From IMG/VR virus record IMGVR_UViG_3300025610_000002: a stretch of 23,115 nt of DNA; one strand, 5' to 3'. How positions within the stretch are numbered: the first letter of the stretch is position 1; each line of letters opens with the position of its first letter. Positions 17,131 to 23,115 of this stretch are shown here, piece by piece. The stretch comes from an uncultured virus (IMG/VR IMGVR_UViG_3300025610_000002). Lineage: Duplodnaviria; Heunggongvirae; Uroviricota; Caudoviricetes. A program made the position numbers and the translations under genes. Below the pieces are notes generated by a model. The model was not told the origin of the DNA. It saw only the letters and a program-made list of their open reading frames with translations, and made no database searches.

Positions 17131-17880
17131 TTAAATCAAATACTCCCATACTAAAAACAAACCAAGAATGCCAAAAACAAGTGCGGCCTTCTTCATGTTT
17201 TGAACAGGATTAATGTCCAAAATCATAGCACCGACTCTATTATCCAACCAAAAACTACTATCATCAATTGTGAAACTTGTCCACTCTAAAGCACTATCAA
17301 TGGTTGGATGACAGAAATGATACCAATAACCATCAGTCACAATAAATCGGTATTCATTCACATTGGCAACCGAAGCCAAGAAATCTTCTACTTGTTCAAT
17401 ACCTTTATGAGTTTGATTTGGTGCTTCTGCTTCAATCAACCATTTAACAGGTGCTTTATGCCCTTTAAAGGAAACGGTTAACAGATAGTCCAAATATTTG
17501 TTTTTATTTTCAATAGTCTTAAAGTGAGGTTCTCTGCTAAACTCTACTTTACGACCTTCCTGCTTTGCACGATTAGAAATAGTTTCAATCATAGGTTCAA
17601 CTAATAACTCTTGAATAGCAGTTTCGGGTTTAGTTTGAACAAAGAAATGTGCGCTACGCATAAATCCATTATTTAGTAGGGCAGTTTTTCCTTCTTCTGT
17701 TAGTTTTTCAAGAAGAGGGGCAAGACTCTTTGAATCAGCATAATAAAACTTTTTTGCCTGCTTCCTCTTAGCCTTTCTTTCTTCTTTAATTGCTTGCTTC
17801 TTTTTTTCTTCACAGGTTCTAGCAGTATGTCCAACGACACCACAAAAACCACACTTCATCTCTTTTACTGTTTTGCTCAT
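17131..17880 (-). CDS. Zinc knuckle + HsdR-N-like restriction-endonuclease-fold domain + C-terminal transmembrane helix
   Basis: CGFCGVVGHTARTC (CX2CX4HX4C); E...LDYLL...LIEAE...Q...FIVTDGYWYHF; AALVFGILGLFLVWEYLI. Confidence 0.65.
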   Translation of the reverse strand: MSKTVKEMKCGFCGVVGHTARTCEEKKKQAIKEERKAKRKQAKKFYYADSKSLAPLLEKLTEEGKTALLNNGFMRSAHFFVQTKPETAIQELLVEPMIETISNRAKQEGRKVEFSREPHFKTIENKNKYLDYLLTVSFKGHKAPVKWLIEAEAPNQTHKGIEQVEDFLASVANVNEYRFIVTDGYWYHFCHPTIDSALEWTSFTIDDSSFWLDNRVGAMILDINPVQNMKKAALVFGILGLFLVWEYLI

Positions 17881-17881
17881 T

Positions 17882-18703
17882 TTACCAAATCCATTCTATT
17901 CCTTTGCCTTCTATTTGTTTTTTGTTCTTACCAATCATTTTCATTAATCGGGAAAATTCTTGCTGAATCGTTCTTTGTGTGCAACCAACAGTTTCAGCGA
18001 CCTGTGTTTGCGTAATTCGCTTGTAATCACAAAGGCTACCTAAGTAGATAATACCTCCATGAGTATATGGGCGAAAGTTTTCTTGTTGTTCTTCTATTCT
18101 TCGTTCAAAGAAACTGTAGAGAAGTCCACATGTTCTAGAGAACGCCAAACCTCCAAGTTTCTCGGCGTGTTTCTCAACCATTCCAATGTTGTTGGAGAGG
18201 CTGAATACACCGGGATTGTTGAAGTGCTTCGCAATAGCCTTGGCCTGCTTGACAACTAGGTTTGGCCTCACCCCAAACTCTTGACAGATTTCATTCAAAG
18301 TGTAAGGGAGGTTACGCTCACGCAGAACATAGTAGACGAGTGCAGAAGCCCTTACCTCGTAGTCGGAGCGACCAAAGACGCCCTTCTTGAAGCAGGACAT
18401 GTAAGCCTGCTCACAACGCTCCACAATCGCCCTAGATTGCGTGATGCTGGTAGCCAGCATGACAGTCATTCTCTTACCCACAAGGATATGTGTAGGCATT
18501 GTTTTGTCGTATTTGTTGACTGCCTTGCTTCCAAGTAGAACATCTCTAGAGCGGAGCATGTTACCGTCCCCATCAAAGAGCGAAATCTCTTGTTCAAAGG
18601 GTTCGGTAATCATAACCAAACCGCATTCAACGCATTCCGTTTCTCCGAGTGTTTCATTGAATTTGAATTCTGTATTGTTACATTCACTACAAATCATTTT
18701 CAT
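17882..18703 (-). CDS. tfb: Transcription initiation factor IIB (TFB) homolog
   Basis: N-terminal Zn ribbon CSEC...GETECVECGLV; cyclin repeats (GRSDYEVRASALVYYVLR...PYTLNEI; ITQTQVAETVGCTQRTIQ). Start moved to ATG 18703. Confidence 0.88.
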   Translation of the reverse strand: MKMICSECNNTEFKFNETLGETECVECGLVMITEPFEQEISLFDGDGNMLRSRDVLLGSKAVNKYDKTMPTHILVGKRMTVMLATSITQSRAIVERCEQAYMSCFKKGVFGRSDYEVRASALVYYVLRERNLPYTLNEICQEFGVRPNLVVKQAKAIAKHFNNPGVFSLSNNIGMVEKHAEKLGGLAFSRTCGLLYSFFERRIEEQQENFRPYTHGGIIYLGSLCDYKRITQTQVAETVGCTQRTIQQEFSRLMKMIGKNKKQIEGKGIEWIW

Positions 18704-19934
18704 TCCTCTTCTTGTTGTGAAGCAAGATAGCGGGGTGCGAGAGGTAGAGGAAGCCATCCTTCATGGACACCTCAAATGCCTTTCTTGCTCCTTCGGTAAG
18801 TGGATTACCCCAATACTCGTCACGAATTCTCTTGTTTTTCTTTGCGGCAGGAATACCTTGCATGGTAGATACCATTTTCTTTGAGGTCTTATCGTTCATT
18901 GCTACAAGAAGCCGAGTAACCAATTGGTCGGCCTTGGAAGAATTGCTTTGGGCATTGTCAATGCAAACACTTCTTGTTCCGAATTCGCTCGTAACATAAG
19001 ATGTGCTAACCATTTGTGTTCCACCCATTTGTTTGGTGTCTTTCATATTGTAATGGAACTTCCAATCGTTCTCCTTACCACGAACAAGAATGTGTTTCAT
19101 ATCGCCTTCTTCCCAATGGATGAGGTTCTTGCTAAACTTCTCAAGGGTTTGCTCAAGGAGAACATTGGCCCGGTCAGTAACGAGTTTCTGCGTTCGGTTT
19201 TGAATCATGAATGCTCTCATCACTTGCTTATCCGATTCGGATTGTTTCTTACCGGTAAGCCTTGCATACAAGACTTCGGGGGAAAGGAACTTCCAACTTC
19301 CACGCTTGGTTCCATACAAGTAGTGACTAAGATAACTCTTCAAATCCTTGAAGGAGATAGGACCCCATTCACCTTCCATCAATTCAATAGCGGCTTTATC
19401 GTCACCAATTTGACGAATGTTCAAGCGAACTTCTTGTTTTCGCCCATCTTGGTAGAAATAGTAAGGAATCCGATTGAGGAGAACATACTCAATCTCTGCG
19501 GGAGTTGAAATGACATTGTAGTAGAGTTTAGCAGTTTCTTTACGAGTCATTTCGTTTGTTACCCGATACAGGAAACGAGCGATGTTCATACCGAGGTTTT
19601 TCAGCGTGAAAGCCTCATTGTTTGCAAAGAATCGGTTGCCGTCCTTATGAATGAGAATTTCAAAATCGTTAATGATAAGGCTTAGAGATGTAGTATAGTA
19701 GTTGCCCTTTAGGTGGCCACTAATTGCTTCTTTGAAGAATTGCCCGACTGTTTCCGTTGCAGGGTCTAGTTTCCCATAACGACCACCAATGCCTCTTGCA
19801 ATGGGAAGGACCCATGTAGTTTGGTATCGTGTTCCGTCTGCTCTACACCTAGAAACCTCTGAGGCTAGGTTCAGCGTCTTGTAAATTTTATTTGCTCCGT
19901 CTGTTTGTAATGGTAGTTGGTATTCATATGTCAT
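18687..19934 (-). CDS. Uncharacterised 415-aa protein (candidate component of the Ubl system)
   Basis: Long ORF on the coding strand; no family recognised. C-terminal Cys motif SVCIDN...DQLVTRLLVAMND. Confidence 0.8.
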   Translation of the reverse strand: MTYEYQLPLQTDGANKIYKTLNLASEVSRCRADGTRYQTTWVLPIARGIGGRYGKLDPATETVGQFFKEAISGHLKGNYYTTSLSLIINDFEILIHKDGNRFFANNEAFTLKNLGMNIARFLYRVTNEMTRKETAKLYYNVISTPAEIEYVLLNRIPYYFYQDGRKQEVRLNIRQIGDDKAAIELMEGEWGPISFKDLKSYLSHYLYGTKRGSWKFLSPEVLYARLTGKKQSESDKQVMRAFMIQNRTQKLVTDRANVLLEQTLEKFSKNLIHWEEGDMKHILVRGKENDWKFHYNMKDTKQMGGTQMVSTSYVTSEFGTRSVCIDNAQSNSSKADQLVTRLLVAMNDKTSKKMVSTMQGIPAAKKNKRIRDEYWGNPLTEGARKAFEVSMKDGFLYLSHPAILLHNKKRNENDL

Positions 19935-19938
19935 TTAA

Positions 19939-20097
19939 TCACATCATTCTGTATTTAGTTTTGTAATTTTGGACGCATCGTTCGTGCGCCTCTATTTTCA
20001 TATCTTGTGGAGTCATTAATGCACCTCCACATACTGTGCATTTGGTGGCGATTTTACCGCCTCTTGAATAGTTCATGTAGTCGGGGTCTTTCGGCAT
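19939..20097 (-). CDS. 52-aa Zn-finger micro-protein (MPKDPDY...CTVCGGAL...HERC...), not in ORF track
   Basis: GGAGGAG RBS, CxxC...HxxC, fills the intergenic gap. Confidence 0.72.
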   Translation of the reverse strand: MPKDPDYMNYSRGGKIATKCTVCGGALMTPQDMKIEAHERCVQNYKTKYRMM

Positions 20098-20099
20098 GT

Positions 20100-20381
20100 T
20101 TACTCCTCCGGGTTGTGCTTAAGATACTCTTGGTAAGAGTCAAAATCAACAATGTATTCCTTTAGGTATGCGTGAAACCCCTTCTCAATTGCTTCGGGAA
20201 TATCCCAAAGACTTTCTTTTATCTTCTGTGCTAGGAAGAATTTTTTCTCCCTCTCACTTGAGATATACTTTTGCGAGTGGCGCATTGCTTTCTCTAGGCG
20301 TAAGCGCCCCTCTACCGTAATCTTTGGCGCAAGTGACGACGCCACGCTCAAAGCATGAGCGTAATCACGATAGAGGGGCAT
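20100..20381 (-). CDS. Hypothetical helical protein
   Basis: 93-aa ORF on the coding strand immediately downstream of the Ubl gene. Confidence 0.65.
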   Translation of the reverse strand: MPLYRDYAHALSVASSLAPKITVEGRLRLEKAMRHSQKYISSEREKKFFLAQKIKESLWDIPEAIEKGFHAYLKEYIVDFDSYQEYLKHNPEE

Positions 20382-20423
20382 AGCAATGCATAGGATGGTG
20401 TGTGTGCAGTCATGAAGAAGGCT

Positions 20424-20636
20424 TCAGTAGAAACCTCCAACAATGGCTGGCGTCAAGTCAACGCTCTGCACTTCGTCCCAATTCACCGAACCAATCTCTT
20501 GGCGGGAAATCAATTCTCCATCAACGAACACCCAATGAGTGGGGTGTCGGTCAATCTGTTCAATGACCTGCTCTGCGGCCATCTGCAACTCCGTGTGTCC
20601 TGTTTCATTCAAAATCGTAAGTGTAATCATTTTCAT
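20424..20636 (-). CDS. Ubiquitin-like beta-grasp protein (ThiS/MoaD/SAMP-like) with GG-FY C-terminus
   Basis: 70 aa; WVFVDGELI and VDLTPAIVGG match ThiS/MoaD patterns; DNA reads GTT GGA GGT TTC TAC TGA; GAGGTGA RBS. Confidence 0.82.
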   Translation of the reverse strand: MKMITLTILNETGHTELQMAAEQVIEQIDRHPTHWVFVDGELISRQEIGSVNWDEVQSVDLTPAIVGGFY

Positions 20637-20669
20637 TCACCTCTAATCTGTTCACCTTGTCATGACTAT

Positions 20670-21785
20670 TTAAGCCATCCTATTTTTCAGCCAATGAGAA
20701 GCGGCCCTCTTGGTCACTTGGTCGCTTCCATCGTATCCCAAATCTCGCATGTAGTTGAGTTGTTTTTCTGTTGCGGGTTCAAGAACCTCAATCAACTTCT
20801 CCATCTGTTTTGGCGTGATTGCATGTCCCCAATCGTTGCCTCGCAGTTGGTTTTCAATAGAACTTAGGAATTGCTTCTCCCATGCAGGAAGTAACTTCTT
20901 CCGTTCCGTGTAGTTGTTAAATCCAAAGAAAGCCATACGATGGTCGTTGGCTTCGTCACGCTTGCGCTCTCGCTCAAGACGAGCGGCTTCAATCATAGCC
21001 TCAGTCGTGCGGTCTTCTTCTTCCACAATACGCTTGTTGGCTCGCATGTCGTAGTAAAACTCATCCAAGTCTTCCAACAGTTGAGCGTTGGGGTAGCCCT
21101 TGCCGTTGATTTGCGCTCGGCTATTGTCGGGGTGGTTCCATCGCCAAACGATAGAAGCCATTCCTTCTTCCATTCGCCGCTTGCGAAGGTAAGTCTTAGG
21201 CCTATACATGTTCGTGGCTTGGTCAAAGTAGGTTCCCTTAACACGCACATTGATTCGCAAGTCCAACTCACGAATTCGCTCAAACTTGTGCTTAAACATA
21301 GCACCGTGCATCTCCCACCAAGCATCCTTCTTGAGTCCTTCAACACGGACATTAATCCACTCTTCAATCATGGCGTCAGTAATGTGTTCTTCGGAAAGAC
21401 CTGTTTCGTTCTTGATGGCCCGGATAATAAGATAGGTGTTGATGTGGTCGCTACCAACACATTCCAACTCACCGGTTACGGTGTTTTGAATCTCAAAGTG
21501 GTAGGCAACAATGTGACCACAAAGGCACTTACCCTCACCTTGCATGGAGTTAGCAACCCAAGAAGGGGTTGGCTCAGTCGTGACTGCGGTTCCATCACGA
21601 AGATAGGTTCGCCACCAAACATTGCCGGTAGCAACCCATTCGTGCTTTGCCTCTTCGTAATTGTCGGCCTGCGACAACTCGGTAAGGTTCTTCTTGAGAG
21701 CCATGTCCCAACGACCGGTTCCCAATCCTCGCTTGGCTTCAACTCGCTCATAAGTCATTTCAATTGCTTCTTGTGGTATGTCCAT
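20670..21785 (-). CDS. Uncharacterised protein with Zn-binding motif and C-terminal PATEKQ repeat-like domain
   Basis: CLCGH...IQN...VGSDHI; ITPKQM / PATEKQLNYMRDLG...TKRAAS. Start probably ATG 21785 (or an adjacent codon), since the longer version overlaps the upstream gene. Confidence 0.75.
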   Translation of the reverse strand: MDIPQEAIEMTYERVEAKRGLGTGRWDMALKKNLTELSQADNYEEAKHEWVATGNVWWRTYLRDGTAVTTEPTPSWVANSMQGEGKCLCGHIVAYHFEIQNTVTGELECVGSDHINTYLIIRAIKNETGLSEEHITDAMIEEWINVRVEGLKKDAWWEMHGAMFKHKFERIRELDLRINVRVKGTYFDQATNMYRPKTYLRKRRMEEGMASIVWRWNHPDNSRAQINGKGYPNAQLLEDLDEFYYDMRANKRIVEEEDRTTEAMIEAARLERERKRDEANDHRMAFFGFNNYTERKKLLPAWEKQFLSSIENQLRGNDWGHAITPKQMEKLIEVLEPATEKQLNYMRDLGYDGSDQVTKRAASHWLKNRMA

Positions 21786-21786
21786 T

Positions 21787-22023
21787 TCAAACCATCTCCC
21801 GGTCCATTTGTTGGAACTTGAGTTGTTCTTCAAGATAGGATTGCAGAATCTCATCCATCTTACCTTGCAGGGCTTCAATGATACCTGCAATGGTTCGGCG
21901 GTGGAGGCTAATCCAAATCCTATGGTAACTGTTAATCGTCACCTTTGGGTTTCCATCTTCGTTTTCGGAGATAACCATTGGAGGCATCTCGTCGCTATCA
22001 ATCAATCTAAATTCAATTTTCAT
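21787..22023 (-). CDS. Hypothetical protein
   Basis: GAGGA RBS; 78 aa. Confidence 0.65.
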   Translation of the reverse strand: MKIEFRLIDSDEMPPMVISENEDGNPKVTINSYHRIWISLHRRTIAGIIEALQGKMDEILQSYLEEQLKFQQMDREMV

Positions 22024-22053
22024 GTTTATTCCTCTTTTTTGTTGTTTTGTGAG

Positions 22054-22140
22054 TGGTGTCGGAGGCAGGATTTGAACCTGCGAATCATTGAGAACAGGAG
22101 TTTAAGCCCTGCGCCTTTGACCAAACTAGGCTACTCCGAC
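22054..22140 (-). tRNA. tRNA-Leu (anticodon TAA), CCA encoded
   Basis: Acceptor GTCGGAG/CTCCGAC-ACCA, anticodon arm CAGGG-CTTAAAC-TCCTG, long variable arm, T arm GCAGG-TTCAAAT-CCTGC. Confidence 0.95.
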
Positions 22141-22141
22141 T

Positions 22142-22216
22142 TGGCGAGCGTAGAGGGAATTGAACCCCCATCTCAGGCTTAGAAGGCCCGAATGCTATCC
22201 ATTACACCATACGCTC
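22142..22216 (-). tRNA. tRNA-Arg (anticodon TCT), CCA encoded
   Basis: Acceptor GAGCGTA/TACGCTC-GCCA, anticodon arm CGGGC-CTTCTAA-GCCTG, T arm GGGGG-TTCAATT-CCCTC. Confidence 0.95.
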
Positions 22217-22451
22217 ATTTTAGATATTCCCAAACATTTGCTTGGAAAAGGTCGCCCTTACTGTTTGCTACCCCGGTTGTTTCTACAGAAACAAATTGTG
22301 GTCTGCTTGCTAGCAGATTCTTGACTTGTGTTTTCGTTGGGGCAACACGAAACCACCGGTTGTTGATGTATTGATACACCTCGTTCAATGTTAGGCCGTT
22401 ACCCAACTCGTCAAAGGTTTGCTCAATCATCTGTATGTAACTCCTCGGCAT
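22215..22451 (-). CDS. Small winged-helix DNA-binding protein
   Basis: LTLNEVYQYIN...PTKTQVKNLLAS...F...VWEY; same layout as the two proteins at 8930-9353. Confidence 0.65.
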   Translation of the reverse strand: MPRSYIQMIEQTFDELGNGLTLNEVYQYINNRWFRVAPTKTQVKNLLASRPQFVSVETTGVANSKGDLFQANVWEYLK

Positions 22452-22472
22452 GGTTACACCTAGTAATTCTTC

Positions 22473-22784
22473 TTACTTAACCTCAGTTGAGGCGTAAGAC
22501 CAATTGAGAAGCCAAGCGGCATTTCCATCTTGAGCAAGCGTTTTCAATTGGTGTTCGGCATATTCGTCTTCGGCATGGCGCTCAACGATAACACTCGCAA
22601 GCGTCAACGCCAACTTCTCAAGACTTACCTTTTTGATGAAGACCGAAGCAATGCTACGGGCCAATTCTTCTTGTTCTTTCTGTGATTGCAGAGAGCAGTA
22701 ACACGGTTCGTAGTGGAGAACATCGTGTGTGCGGTCTTCTACAGTCATAATTCCTCTTCCGTCACAATGGCTACATTCAGTCAT
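22473..22784 (-). CDS. Protein with N-terminal CxxCxGxG...CxC zinc finger
   Basis: CSHCDGRG...EPCYC; GAGGA RBS. Confidence 0.65.
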   Translation of the reverse strand: MTECSHCDGRGIMTVEDRTHDVLHYEPCYCSLQSQKEQEELARSIASVFIKKVSLEKLALTLASVIVERHAEDEYAEHQLKTLAQDGNAAWLLNWSYASTEVK

Positions 22785-23115
22785 TATTATTCCTCATTTC
22801 TTTTTTGTATTGTTCAATGGTCCATCGCTTAGGATACCACGATGGCCTATCACGCCCCGTCCAAACGGCGAAGCGCCACTTACCTTCCAAGTAGTAATGG
22901 CGGTAAGATTTGATTACGAAATCCCAAGTGTGGTCTTCCGGTGGTAGTCGGTATTGGTCAAACATCGCAATGGTTGGTGGTGTCAAATCCATCGTTGGGA
23001 AAATCCCATCATCGCAATGCAAATACCAATCAATGGCGTCTTGGATTCGCAATTGGCTTCCGTGAACCTTGCCGTATCGGTGTGTGTATTCTTCACACAA
23101 GGCGAGTCCGTGGCG
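22777..23115 (-). CDS. Pyrimidine-dimer DNA glycosylase-like protein, 5'-partial
   Basis: Frame open to the window end: RHGLALCEEYTHRYGKVH...TPP..AM.DQY...SYRHYY..K..FA.W..R.RPSW, typical of the phage DenV-related (Pyr_excise-like) family. Confidence 0.7.
   Translation of the reverse strand, partial: RHGLALCEEYTHRYGKVHGSQLRIQDAIDWYLHCDDGIFPTMDLTPPTIAMFDQYRLPPEDHTWDFVIKSYRHYYLEGKWRFAVWTGRDRPSWYPKRWTIEQYKKEMRNNND

Noticed and set aside
18704..18757. N-terminal extension of TFB (and of the 406-aa ORF at 21786-21890)
   Set aside because: These overlap upstream genes; internal ATGs with RBS fit better.
22054..22216. tRNAs as a provirus integration (att) site or host boundary
   Set aside because: Viral-type genes continue on both sides, and no integrase or duplicated tRNA 3' end is visible.
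1..23115. Cellular archaeal chromosome origin
   Set aside because: Single-strand gene packing, many micro-ORFs, divergent clustered replisome genes and lack of housekeeping metabolic or ribosomal genes point to a virus, although no virion genes are in this window.

Overview
This is a 23.1-kb, gene-dense fragment of a dsDNA archaeal virus genome. Essentially every real gene is on the minus strand, joined by ATGA/GTGA/TAATG overlaps and GGAGG/GGTGA ribosome-binding sites. Gene content best fits a Marine Group II (Poseidoniales) 'magrovirus'-like caudovirus; this is inferred from gene content, with no search run. Left half (1-12.1 kb) is an archaeal-type replisome: Cas4-like nuclease, a family-B DNA polymerase split into two genes with two micro-ORFs between them, PCNA-like clamp, P-loop ATPase, RPA/SSB-like protein, RFC small and short RFC-large-like subunits, a degenerate LAGLIDADG protein and an ATP-dependent ligase. 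The middle holds a PC4-like protein and bacterial-type GroEL/GroES. The right half contains the most interesting feature, an apparent virus-encoded ubiquitin-like/sulfur-carrier system: a JAB/JAMM protease, a ThiF/E1 enzyme and a beta-grasp protein ending in GG-FY (a pro-form). It is interleaved with a viral TFIIB, a 415-aa candidate conjugation factor, an HsdR-like membrane-anchored nuclease and many Cys-rich micro-proteins. Two tandem tRNAs (Leu-TAA, Arg-TCT) and a partial pyrimidine-dimer-glycosylase-like gene end the window. Five Zn-finger micro-ORFs absent from the ORF track were read by hand.
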